Shown here one piece after another: positions 1-13,397 of a stretch of 64,000 bases of DNA. The notes below the pieces were generated by a model, which worked only from the letters and a program-made list of their open reading frames with translations, was not told where the DNA came from and did not search any database. Location: NCBI RefSeq assembly GCF_009914755.1, contig NC_060929.1. One strand, written 5' to 3'. Positions within the stretch are counted from its first letter, which is position 1; each line of letters opens with the position of its first letter. The stretch comes from the human T2T-CHM13v2.0 reference genome, Homo sapiens. The position numbers were made by a program, and so were the translations under genes.

Positions 1-390
1 TGGGGATAGTACCAGGAGATATCTGCTACGATGGTTTGGAGGAAAAGTGTAAACTGGCAGTGTAAACAAGGGCAGGGCATTTATGAGTAGTTGAGAATGG
101 TGAATAGGAGTATGACTAGACAGAAGATAGAAGGGATGACAAGTTTTTGGGGTACAGTCCAAGTAGTGGGTGGGGGTGACTGTGTAAAGCCCTGTTGTAA
201 AGAGTAGGATAAGGAAGATGAGACTTAATAAAAATGAAAGGATGTATTAGGCTTATAAGGGTTACTATTATCCTTTAGGAATGCGGGTGAGTTTAAGGAA
301 AGTAAGGGTGAGTACTTGCGACTTCCAGGAGGAAGAGGAGAGATCAGGCTGGCTGTTCAACAGACACAGCTTTATTCTGGCGTGATGAAC

Positions 391-2310
391 CTAATGGTGG
401 GTGGGTTCCTGCCGACAAACAGCCACTGGGGTACTATAGATGACTAAGTGGGGTCCAATCCACCGAGGTTGTAGAGTTTGAGGGGTCAGATTCTTAACAA
501 GAACTGATTGTCCAGCTAGGGTGTCTTCATATGGCTGGGAATCTGGAGTAGGCAAGAGAAGATTAGCAGCCTGGCGAATTTCCTGTCTAGCCTGCTGGAG
601 GACTTGAAGATAGTCGCTCAGAGGGCTGGAGTCTGGGACGTGGTTGGGGCCGAGCAAGAAAGTGCGTCCATATAAAAGTTCAAATGGACTGTACCCTGTA
701 GCATCTCAAGGACAGGCTCTAATTCTGAGAAGGGCGAGAGGTAAAAGTACTGTCCAGTCCTGGCCATGAGGAACAGAAGTTGGAACGCCAGCTGCTTCTT
801 CAGCTATCTTATCAGCATAAGCATTGCCTTGAGCAATGGGATCTGATGCCTTTTGATGGTCCTTGCAGTGAATGACTCCAGCTTCCCTTGGAAGTAAAGT
901 GGCCTTGAGAAGAGTTTTCATTAAGGAGGCATTAATGATGGAGGACTCTTGTGTAGTGAGGAAATTTCTTTCAGTCCACGTAACAGCATGGTGGTGCAGG
1001 ATATGGAAGGCATATTTAGAGTCAGTATAAATATTGATGCGTAGTCCCTTTGCAAGAGTGAGGGCCCAAGTTAAGGCAATGAGTTTGGCTTGCTGAGAGG
1101 TAGTGGAGGGGGGCAGAGCAGTAGCCTCAATGATAGATGTGGAAGATACTATAGCATAGCCTGCCTTTGCTGGTGAGTGGCAATTAGGCCTGGTGGAACT
1201 GCCATCAATAAACCAAGTGTGATCAGGATGAGGAACAGGAAAGAAGGAAATATGGATAAATGGAGTGAATGCCAGGTGGATCAGAGAGATACAGTCATGG
1301 GGGTCAGGTGTGATATCCGGGATAATGTGGGAGGCCGGACTGAAGTCCAGGCCAGGAACAATGGTAACTGTGGGAGACTCAACAAAGAGTTAGTATAGCT
1401 GAAGGAGCCAGGGAGCAGAAAGTATATGTGTCAGGTGTGAGGAAGAAAATAGATTTTTGAAGTTATGAGAACTGTAGAGAGTGAGTTGAGCATAGTTTGT
1501 GATTTTGAGGGCCTCTAAAAGTATTAAAGTAGTGGCAGCTGCCACACATAGACATGAGGGCTAGGCTAAAAGAGTAAGGTCAAGTTGTTTGGACAGAAAG
1601 GCTACAGGGCATGGTCCTGGCTGTTGTGTAAGAATTCTGACCACACAACCCTGCACTTCGGCTGTGTGTAATGAAAAAAGTTGGGATGAGTTAGGGAGAG
1701 CTAGTGTGGGAGCAGCTTTTAGGGCTGTTTATTAAGGAATGGAAAGGGGAGTGGGGAAAGGATTTAGGATTTACAGGGTCAGCTAGGTTTATCTAGAACA
1801 GAATAATGGATTGTGGAGGGAGGTATTGAGGATAGGAGAGTATATGGGTTTGGCACCACGGGGTGGATAGGCAAGACAATTTGGTTGATAAGGCACAGAT
1901 CCTGAACTAACCTGTAAGACTTGTCCAGTTTTTGGACAGGTAAGATAGGGGAGTTTGTAGGCTTTAGAAGCCCATGCTGTAACAGGTGAGTGATAACAGG
2001 CTTTAATCCTCTTAAAGCCTGTTGTGGGATGGGATACTGGCATTGCGTGGGGTAAGGGTGATTAGGTTTCAGTGGGATGATAAGGGGTTCATGATTGGTC
2101 GCCAAGGAAGGAGTAGAGGAATCCCATGCTTGTGGATTAAGGTAGGGAGATAAAAGAGGAGGACTCAAAGGAGGCTTTGAACTGGGGAAAAGGGCAGCGA
2201 TGAGGTGTGGCTGTAGCCCAGGAATAGTCAGGGAAGCAGATAATTCAGTTAAAATGTCTTGATCTAATAAGGGAGCTAGGCAGGTGGGGATAACTAAAAA
2301 GGAGTGCATA
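391..2310 (-). pseudogene. HERV-H pol remnant (RT N-terminus, RNase H, IN C-terminus) with internal deletions and stops
   Basis: ORFs 1779..2309, 706..921 and 391..657. RT stops at YSVLD|KPS*, and RNase H/IN joins at PHGQ|DWTVLLPLALLRIRACP. Confidence 0.9.
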
Positions 2311-2500
2311 AAAGAATGTTGTCCAAGTTGGCACCAGAGTTGGGGAGTTTTAAGGGGTCTAGAAGCCTGGCCGTCAATACCCCCAACAGTTATGGAGGCA
2401 AGGGAAATAGGCCCTTGAAAAGAAGGTAATGTGGAGTGGGTAGCCTCTGCATTGATTTAAAAGGGGACAAACTTACTCTCCACTGTAAGAGTTACCCAAA
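2310..2500 (-). pseudogene. HERV-H protease remnant
   Basis: The minus strand reads INAEATHSTLPSFQGP near 2410-2457, where the catalytic DTGA motif belongs. The catalytic Asp is absent. Confidence 0.75.
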
Positions 2501-2598
2501 GCATCTGTTATGGTCCAGGTGGCTTCTGAGGTGATTGGGCAGCATCAGTCTTCAGCTGCTAAGCCAAGAAGACCTGGGAAGGAGTCAGTCAGAGATCC

Positions 2599-3793
2599 TT
2601 AGACCAAAGTTCCAGGGACTCTGGGAGCGGCTGCCGGGTGAGTTGGACAGTCCAATTTCCAGTGGGGTCCTGCAGAGATGGGACATGGCTTAGGAGGAAT
2701 CCCGGGCTGTGGGCATTCCTTGGCCCAGTGGCCAGATTTCCAGCACTTGAAGCAAGATCCTGCAGGAGGAGGTCCTGTAGGAATGCCTGACTGCTGTAGC
2801 TTAGGCGTTTTGAAGTCCTTGTGTGCTGGAGATGTGGCTGAGGTTTCTCTCACAGTGGAGGCAAGGAATTGCAACTCAGAAATACACAGCTACTTGGCTG
2901 CCTCTACTCTATTATTGTACACCTTGAAGGCAAGGTTAATTAAGTTGTGTTGTGGGGTTTGAGGGCTGGAATCTAATTTTTGGAGCTTTTTTTAATGTCG
3001 GGAGTGGATTGGGTAATAAAATGTATGTTGAGAATAAGACAGCCTTCTGGCCCTTCTGGGTCTAGGGCGGTAAAGCATCTAAGGGTTGTTGCCAAATGGG
3101 CCATGAACTAGGTTGAGTTTTCATATTTGATGAAAAAGAGCCTAAATGCTAACTGATTTGGGAGAGGTCAGATAAAGAAAAAGGAGCATTAACCTTGACT
3201 ATGCCTTCAGCTCCAGCTACCTCTCTAAGGGGAAATTGTTGGGCAGGTGGAGGAGGGCTAGTCGCAGAACGAAACTGTAAGCCAGACCGAGTGTGAGGAG
3301 GGGAGGTAATAGAAGGGTTATAGGGTGGGGGAACGGAGGCTGAAGAAGAGTTGGGATCTGGCTCAGCCTGGCGAGGAGCAGCCTGGGGAGGAGGGGAGGG
3401 GTCAGATGGATCTGTAGAAAATGAGGATTCAAAGGACTCAGAGCTTGGGGTGGAGACTGAGGGAATAGACAGGAGAGAAAGATTTGGGATGAGTCTCACT
3501 GGGAGCAGAGACTAGGGAGGGACCAATGTGTAAAAGAATGCCCAGACATCAGGCATCTCAGACCATTTGCCCATTTTTTGACAAGAGTTATCTAGATCTT
3601 GTAGGATAGACAAATCGAAAGTGCCATTCTCTGGCTACTTGGAACTACTGTTGAGTTTGTATTGGGGCCAAGCGGTATTGCAGAAGAAAATAAGATGCTT
3701 AGGTTTTAGGTCAGGTGTGAGTTGAAGAGGTAAGTTTTTAAGAACACAGGCTAAGGGAGAAGAAGAAGGAATGGAGGGTGGAAGGTTGCCCAT
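2599..3793 (-). pseudogene. HERV-H gag remnant
   Basis: MGNLPP start, PPPY late domain (SVPPPYNP), QFPLREVAGAEGIVKV, CCHC knuckle plus a degenerate second knuckle. Frameshifted. Confidence 0.9.
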
Positions 3794-4225
3794 AGTGAAG
3801 GAGGCAAGCCCAGAGAAAAGAGAGGGTAGAGACATGGAAGGGAAGGTGGTGAGCAGCCCTGGGCTGCAATGTGGATGAGCAGCCAAAGAAGGCATCCCCG
3901 CAATTGACTTGCCACCAAGGGAATGTGGGTGAATGACCAAGGCAGGCGTCCCCGTGGTGATCAGACACCAATGGAGTGTGGGTGAATAATCAGGCAGGCA
4001 TTCCCACAGTGATTAAACACCAAGGGAAGACTGTCTTCCCAAGTCTGTGACCGGTGCCGGAGTTTTGGGCCGGAGACAATGTGTCTCCTTGTCTCTACTA
4101 GAGAGGAAAAAGAACTGGAATCGGAAGGACAGGGAGATTGAAGGGTAGCAAGAGAGGAAGACTGAAGGGTAGCGAGAGAGGAAGATTGAAGGGTAGCAAG
4201 AAAGGCTGGAGAAGAGTGAAAAGAC

Positions 4226-4235
4226 TGCTTACCTC
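4226..4235 (-). promoter_or_regulatory. HERV-H major splice donor
   Basis: Minus strand CAAATGAG|GTAAGCA, about 140 nt downstream of the LTR, the usual HERV-H leader donor position. Confidence 0.7.
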
Positions 4236-4354
4236 ATTTGAAATTGGTGAGATGTTCCTTGGGCTGGTTGGTCTGAGGACCCGAGGTCATAGGTGGTTCT
4301 CCTCATGGAGTGAGGGTGAGGACAGGGGACCAGTCTCCAGAAGGAGTCCTCCTG

Positions 4355-4373
4355 TCCAAGGTCTTTGGCACCA
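4355..4373 (-). promoter_or_regulatory. Primer binding site (degenerate, Phe-like)
   Basis: TGGTGCCAAAGACCTTGGA lies 2 nt after the LTR terminal CA. Confidence 0.8.
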
Positions 4374-4375
4374 AA

Positions 4376-4762
4376 TGTCTCGCACGTCCATGTGAAGAGA
4401 CCACCAATGGGCTTTGTGTGAGTAACAAGGCTGTTTATTTCACCTGGGTGCAGGTGGGCTGAGTCAGAAAAAGGAGTCAGCAAAGGGTGGTGGGATTATC
4501 ATTAGTTCTTATAGGTTTGGGATAGGCATACAAAGCGCATTCTCAAGGGCGGGGGAGAATATTACAAAGTACCTTCTTAAGGTGGGGGTAGAATATATCG
4601 TATCAGTTAGGGTGGGGCAGAAACAAATCACAATGTTGGAATGTCATCAGTTAAGGCTATTTTCACTTCTTTTGTGGATCTTCAGTTGCTTCAGGCCGTC
4701 TGGATGTATACATGCAGGTCACAGGAGATGTGATGGCTTAGCTTGGGCTCAGAGGCCTGACA
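4376..4762 (-). mobile_element. 5' LTR of HERV-H (LTR7 family, type II / LTR7B-like)
   Basis: Starts TGTCAGGCCTCTGAGCCCAAGCTAAGCCATC and ends ...GAGACA. It carries type II repeats (CTTAAGAAGGTACTTTGTA / CTTGAGAATGCGCTTTGTA), TATAAG at 4508-4513 and AATAAA at 4434-4439. Confidence 0.92.
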
Positions 4763-4899
4763 AAAACTACAGACCAATATCTGTCATGAACATGGATACA
4801 AAAATTCAAAAACAAATTTTAAGTAAATTGTACCCACCAATATATAAAAATAATACTACCGTATGATTTCATGGGGTTTATCCAAAAAGTACAAGATTA

Positions 4900-5212
<313 letters not shown>

Positions 5213-7084
5213 TTAGATTAACATTTAAATATCAATCAACATAATTTAACATACAAATTGTTTTAGTTAAAACATAAAATGATACCCTATATGATCATTT
5301 CAATGGATGAAAAAAAGCATTCACATCTCAAAAAAATAACAAAGAATGCAAGATTAGATCAACATTTAAATAGCAATCAACATAATTTAGCATACAATTT
5401 GTTGGCTTTTAGTTAAAAAATAAAACAATATCTCATATGATCATTTCAATAGATGAAAAAAAAGCGTTTGACAAAATCCATGATCAATTCTTGATTAAAA
5501 AAAGAGAAGAATTCTCAGCAAACTGGGAATAAAAGGGAACTTCCTCCATCTGATAATGTACATCTAAAAAAAAAAAACCTATGGCTAACATTATATTGAG
5601 TGGTGAAATACTAAATGTTCACCCCTATAAGTTCAGGAATAAGACAAAGCTGTGTTTCTTTGTCACTTCTATTCAACATTATACCAGAAGGTCTGGTATA
5701 CGCACCAGTGCAATGAGGCTATAAATAAATAAGTAAATAAATAAATAACAGCATCCAAATTAGAAAAAAAGAAGTAAAACTGTATTTACAGAAGGTACCA
5801 TTATTTATATATTAATATTAATAGAAAAATTGATAGAATATATTAAAAAGCTACTAGAACTAATAAATGAATTTAGCAATATTACAGAACTCAAGGTCAA
5901 GATATTGAAAAATCTACTGTTTCTATATACTAGCAATAAACACTTGGAAATTGAAATAAAAATAGCACTTAAAATAGCAGAAAAATATGAAATACTTAAG
6001 GATAAAGCTAACAAAAGTTGTCCATATACACTGAAAACTGCAAAACGTTGCTGTGAGAAATTAAGGAAGACTTTAATAAATGGAAGAGGTAAGGTGTTCA
6101 TGAAAGACTCAGTATTGCTAAGATATCAATTCTCTCCTAAATGATCTATAGTTTCAACACAATCCCAATCAAAAGTCCAGCAGGCTTTTTTTTTTTTTTT
6201 TTTTTGGTAGAAATTGACAAACTGATTCTAAAATCCATATGGCAATGCTAAGGACCTAGAACAGCCAAAATGTCTTTGAAAAAGAAAAATAAAATTGGAG
6301 AACTAATACTACCTCATCTCAAGACTTCTTATAAAGCTGCAGTAATCAAGACAGCATATTATAATGACAAATAGATCAATGAAACAGACTAGAGTCCAGA
6401 AAGAGACCTACACATATATGAACAACTGACTTTGACAAAGGTGCAAAAACAATCCAGTGGGGGAAAAGACAGCCTTTTCCACATTGATGCTGGAGCATTA
6501 GATATTTATATACACAAAAATGAATTTTGATTCGTATCTTATACTATAAGAAAAATTAACTCAAAATGGATTACAGACCGGATTGTAAAACCAAAAACTA
6601 TCTATAAGAAAATAGGAGAAAAATCATCATGATTTAAGGTGAGGCAAAAACATCTCAGATATAAAACCAACAAAATTAAAAATCTATAAGTTTGACTTAA
6701 TCAAAATTTAAAACTTCTGCTTTTTGAAAGATACTGATAAAAAATGAAAAGAAAATTCACAGACTAGGAGAAAAAAATTGTGATTTATATTCCTGATAAA
6801 AATTTTGTGTCCAGAATGTATAAAGAATACTCAGAAAAATAAAGAATACTCAAATTCAATAATCAGAATTGAAAGCAGGGACAGAAAGAGTTATTTGCAC
6901 ACCCATGTTCACAGCAGCATTATTCACAACAGCCAAAGTGCCCGTCCGTGGATGAATGGATAAACAAAATGTGGTATAAATGTATGGACAACATGCTATG
7001 GATTATTATTCCAGCTTTAAAAAGGAAGGAAATTCTGAAATATGCTACAATGTAAACAAACCCTGAGAACATTACGCTAAGTGA

Positions 7085-7697
<613 letters not shown>

Positions 7698-9513
7698 CCC
7701 TGGCTATATGAGATACTTAGGAGTAGTCAAATTCATAGAGATAGAAATTTGAATAGTGGCTGCCAAGGCCTGAAGGGAAGGAGAGAGGAAAGAGGAGTTA
7801 TTGTATAATAGGCACAGAATTTCCATTTTACAATGAGGGGTTCTGGAGACAGTAGCATGGTATGAAATTGTGATGATGGTAGCATGGTGTGAAAGTACTT
7901 AATGCCACAGAGCTGCACATATAAAGATGGCTAAGACAGTAAATTTTAAGTTATGTGTATTTTACTGCAATTTTTAAAAACTCAATAATAAGAAAACAAC
8001 CCAATTTTATAAATTGAGCAAAACATTTGAATAGATACTTCCCCAAAGAAGATATACAGATGGAAAATAAGCATATAAAAAGATATTCAAAATCATTAGT
8101 CACTAGGGAAACACAAGTGAAAACAACAAGAGATCACCACAAACCTATTAGGATGGCAAAAATTTAAAAAAGACTGACCACACTAAGTTCTGGTAAGGAT
8201 ATGGAAGAATTGGGACTTTCATACAGTGCTGGTGAGAATATGAAATAGTACAACCACTTCAGAAAATAGTTTGGCAGCTTCTAAAAAAGTGAAATATACA
8301 CTTACTGCATATAATCTATACCTTCCACGCTGGCTGGATTTGGATTTCAGATTTTTGGATTAGGGGTGCTAATCTTTCTCTCTCCCAAGAGAAATGAAAG
8401 CATATACTCACACAGAAATTTGTACAAAAATGTTTACAACATTTTGAGGCACTGCAATGTCACTTCCTTTGTAGTGCCTCAAAACCGGAAATAGCCCAAT
8501 GTCCATCAACAAGTGACTGGATAAACAAATAGAGGTATATCTACATGGTAGACTACTACCCAGCTCATTTTTATTACTACGCTTTTATTTAAAAAAAGGA
8601 ACATGAATGAATCTCAAAATAATTATGCTGAGTTAAAGAAGCCAGACAAAACAATAGAACATACTACATGATTCCATTTATATAAAATTCTAGAAAATGT
8701 GAACCGTCTATAATGACAGAAAGCAGATCAGTGACTGCCTGCGTATGGGGGAAGAAGTAGAAGGGGAGGAAGGCATTACAAGGGAGCACGAGGAAACTTT
8801 TAGGGGAATGGGATGTTTTCATTACCTTGGTTGTGTTGATGGTTTCATGGATATATATACATAAGTCCAAATTTATCGAATTACACACTTTAAATATGTG
8901 CAGCTTATTGTAGGTCAATTTTATTTCAGTAAAGACAGCCTTATGAACTCAGACTTGATCTGCCTTGGCGGATTCCATCTGTTGGTGGAGATTGAGAATC
9001 ATAACAATTTGGAATTTTTACTTTGGGAAACAACCAAGGAAGACAACCTGGGAACAAATGTTGCTGAGCAACGTGGAGAGTTTTGAAGAGATTGAAAATG
9101 GTTCGTTTGCTCTGCATTTAATCAGCGTGGAAGGCCTCAGCGTCACAAGATATTGGAGCTAGAAGGGATCTCAGCAAGATGAAATGAAGTCCAGTTTATT
9201 TTACAGATCAGGAACTGAATCCAATAGAGATAAAGGGACTCGCCTTAGGTCACACAGCTTACAAAGCTAAAAATAAAATGTGGTTCTCTGAGGCTTAATC
9301 CTATGCTGGTTTTCTTTCTATACAGTATCTAATAGTTATAATAAACCTCAGTCTATGGAAATATAGAATGATACCCAACAGATGCTGAGTTCCCTCATGG
9401 CTATGTGGGTGGCCTTGAAGCATTGTCAGTGCTATAGCAACACTGTCTTCCTGGCCACCCTCAGGGTCTAGGCAACCTGGAACCAACACAGGATTTGAAC
9501 TCCTTACAGCCAC

Positions 9514-10522
9514 GACCAGTTCTGCTGTAACGCTGGTCTTAAAAACACAAAGTTATTGCACACGTGATTGATATACAGGTTGAGCATCCCTAATCCAAAA
9601 ATCTGAAATCCAAAATGCTACAAAATCTGAAAGTTTTTGAATGCCAACATGATGTCACAAGAGGAAAATTTCACATCTGACCTCATGGGATGGCTCACAG
9701 TCAAAACACAAGTGCACAACATACAGTTTATTCAGCATTGCCAAGGGAAAAATAAAATTACCTTTAGGCTATGTGTATAAGGTGTATATGAAACATAAAT
9801 GAATTTCGTGTTTAGACTTGGGCCCTGTCCCCCAAGATAGCTCATTATGTATATGCAGACATTACAAAATCCAAAAAAAAATCCAAAAGCAAAAATATGT
9901 CTGGTCCCAAGCATTTCAGATAAGGGATACTCAATCTGTCTTAGGAAACAATATGAGCATAATGCAAATTTGGTTTGGTGACGTGAGATCTTATGAATGA
10001 GAAACACTAGGTGAAAGCAGAAAACTGCTCTCAGCTGAACTGAGCTGCTTGATAATACGCAAAATGCACACACAGCACACACCTCAAACATCTATTAGCT
10101 ACTTCAGTTCACTATGTGTGTTATGATTCCCACCCATCCACTTATGGTGTTACAACACTTCCATCCTAATTTTTGCCATCCTGATAGGTTTGTGGTGATC
10201 TCTTATTATTCAGGTAACTGAGTTCAGGTAACTTCCTTCCCACACTCCCCAACAAGTCACAAGCTGCAACCTTTCCCATGCCCACTTCCACAAATTTCAG
10301 ATCTTGTTTAAAGCAAGGTGCCTTATTTGTTGTATTCTTTGTGAATTTCTTAACCATTTAACTGTGTAAAACTGTTCTACTGTCTTTATTAGGCTCCAAT
10401 GCCTTTTTAGAAATCTGTCACTGAAGAAAATTTTGAGTGTTGACACCCTAAGCCCATTTTTTTCCTATTGTGCATTGCATACTGACTTTTTTGAGGGCAT
10501 ATGTTTATTATAGCAGAACTAT
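9514..10522. mobile_element. Old Tigger DNA transposon (Tigger13a-like), interrupted by Tigger4
   Basis: TIR-like ends CAGTTCTGCTGTAAC ... TTATAGCAGAACT. Confidence 0.7.
9576..9938. mobile_element. Tigger4b/MER46-type MITE
   Basis: TIRs CAGGTTGAGCATCCCT...AGGGATACTCAATCTG, preceded by TA; about 363 bp. Confidence 0.88.
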
Positions 10523-10581
10523 ATTGGGAGTGTGAAGTAGATCCTTAAAAGACTGATCTTGGGTCCAGTACTATGTGCGTG

Positions 10582-10602
10582 CACACACACACACACACAC
10601 AC
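10582..10602 (+). repeat. (CA)n microsatellite
   Basis: About 10 CA units seen directly. Confidence 0.9.
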
Positions 10603-11954
10603 CCCTTGTTTAGCTACTACTAGGCAGATTTCCTGTCATATACATTTGTTCAGGGCTGATAAGAGAAGTAAGTACCCTCTTCAGAGTCAGCCAACACAAT
10701 GATTCTTAGTGGCAGGATATGGGTCCCTGGCTCCTCCTGACCAGTGACTGATGTAGGATAGAATAGAAACCATTAGCACTAGTCAACCAGTGGAGACAGC
10801 ATTAAATCAGTTCACATATGATGGATTGCGCTTAGCAATGACCCATCCTCTTAGTATGTCAGGTGCTGGAAACAGTGTAGGTCAAAATATGTTTCTTCAT
10901 GGTCGGCATCAGAATAACGTAGGGAACCAAATAGAATAAAGATTCCTGAGCCCCAAACTACTTTTTACCTAAAACAGCTGGCTCTTACTCTGTTTTATTT
11001 ATCATTATTGTTCAATTACAATGGCTTTTGTCCAATTTTAGACAATTATTGTTGACTATTTGTCATGGTGCCACGTGTTGACCTATTGTGAGGAATTGGG
11101 GATTGACAGAAAGGAAAGTGCCAGAGAGGGGCCTGGCATATTAGAGAGTGTTGTACTATAGCTGGTTCATTAGGTTCATATCCCATCTGTCTGTCAACAT
11201 TTTTTTTTTAGAACTTTGAATTAAATTCTCTGGTGCATTCTGAAACAAAGATAGGACATCTGTAGTTTCCTAATGAATAATTTCTCCCTTCTATAATCTA
11301 GCCCTGATTAACTGGCACTAAGTTCTTTATTTGTGTACAAGATGGCTTGGGAACAAAACAGCAGTTAAAAATTACAGTGATATTATGAGTGCATTTAAAT
11401 AATATAATTATTTTTCTGGAGAAGATAACCATTATTATAATGTACCATACAGTAATGCCTTGTAATCAGCAACTGTTAATGTGATGTTTTACATCTTTTG
11501 CCTTGAAAAGTGAGTACTGTATTTTATTATCATTCAAGTCACAGGCAAAATAATCAAAGAGCTTAACTCCCTTCTTAATAGTTCCAAATATGTATCGTAA
11601 AATAACTCTAGTGCTTAGTATGCTGGGAGGAAAAAAACAAGTTGTAACTTCTGGTATGTACAATAGGACATTGTAATAAAGATATATTTTTGAAATAAGC
11701 AATGAAGAAAATGGATATGAAAGCAGCAGAATTAAAATGGATTTGCTTTGTCTCTTTAGAAATTATTGAAACAAGAACTACCAAGACGGAATTTATTACC
11801 CATGTTTTGTAAAATAGCACCACTTATCAGAGAATCGATGTGAGAATTAGCTAAGTGCTGGAAACCATTCCCAGGAGTCATGCTGACAATTCATCTTGCT
11901 CATCCTCTTTCTAAACAAAGCTTCACTTTTCTTCCTTAAGAATTCCCTTGGTCT

Positions 11955-12260
<306 letters not shown>

Positions 12261-13277
12261 GAAAAGTGTTAAACCTGGTGAAGTATTTAGGGGTAAAATA
12301 TCATAGTATTTATAACTTACTTCCAAAGGGGAATAAATAAGTAAGATCATTTTCAGAGAGAGAAAAAGCAAATATGGTAAAACATTAACCACTGTTGAAT
12401 CTAAGAAGGAGATATATGGATGTTCACTGAACTATTCTTTCAACTTTTCCGAATGTTTGGAAATTTTTATAATAAAAATTGGAGAGAAAGGAATGCACAG
12501 TGTAGCCATTTAAGGTCCATGAAAATATTTCCATTCACTCCAGAAACCCCTGAAAGCATATCCTAGCCTGTGAGCGTGATTTAGCATGTAATTCTAGGTT
12601 TATGGCTCCGGATGCCACGCCTCTAAAATTATGGCTGAAGAAGAAGGAAGTGAAACTCGAAACTGCCGTACCCACCATAATTCTTCTGATACTGAGTATG
12701 TTCCCCTCCAGAGGTATGACTTGTACACTGAATGTTAACAGTAGTTTTCTACCTTTAGGACTGTTGTCTTAAGATTATTTATCTTTCTATGGCTGACTAG
12801 AAACTGAATTGCTACAGTGTGGAGATCAAAATGAGGAGCTTCCACAGATAATGATTTTCACGTAGTCTTCACACTGATGAGATTTGTGAAACAGGAAAAG
12901 TTTTCTAAATAGACTTGAGTCCACAGGTAAAATTTTATTTATCAAAATAAATGACAGTGTGGGTTTATTCATGGAGTGAAATCACAGAATTAGGATTTTC
13001 TCCTGGAAGAGTCATAGGTGTTTCTGGGTTATACATGTTTATATTTGCTACTTATGTATGTTTCTATTTCAGGAGGTTGAAGCAACAGATTCATCTCAGA
13101 TCTTTTCCTCTCTCCTTGTCATCATCTTTCTTCTCCAGGGCCCATTACTTCCATCTCAGTATTTCATACTTGCAGTGTGGCTCTGAGCAAAGGACCACAT
13201 CTTGTCTGCAGAGTGACGAGAGGAGCTAAAGCATCTCACAGCCTTCCTGGTTCTGATATCTGCTCAGCCTAATTTTC

Positions 13278-13334
13278 CATCTTTCTTTCTCTCCCTTTCT
13301 TCCTTCCTTCCTTCCTTCCTTCCTTCCTTCCTTC

Positions 13335-13397
<63 letters not shown>

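Larger units (their letters stand above)
1..4375 (-). mobile_element. HERV-H internal region (leader, decayed gag-pro-pol, start of env remnant); continues beyond the left edge
   Basis: Minus-strand ORF remnants: MGNLPPSIPSSSPLACVLKNL (matrix), [14 protein letters not shown] (zinc knuckle), PILPVQKLDKSYRLVQDL (RT), VIHCKDHQKASDPIAQGNAYAD (RNase H), LVKNLTPQTLQPRWIGP (IN C-terminus). Adjacent to an LTR7-type LTR. Confidence 0.96.

Noticed and set aside
1779-2309. 176 aa ORF as a functional reverse transcriptase
   Set aside because: It ends at a deletion junction before the catalytic YxDD motif.
6819-6852. Short local duplications (ATAAAGAATACTCA x2; similar at 7851-7895 and 10209-10232)
   Set aside because: Ordinary small slippage duplications within decayed repeats.
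11380-11900. Unique AT-rich block with an acceptor-like TCTCTTTAG as a coding exon
   Set aside because: Short frames and no recognisable protein; conservation cannot be judged from the sequence alone.
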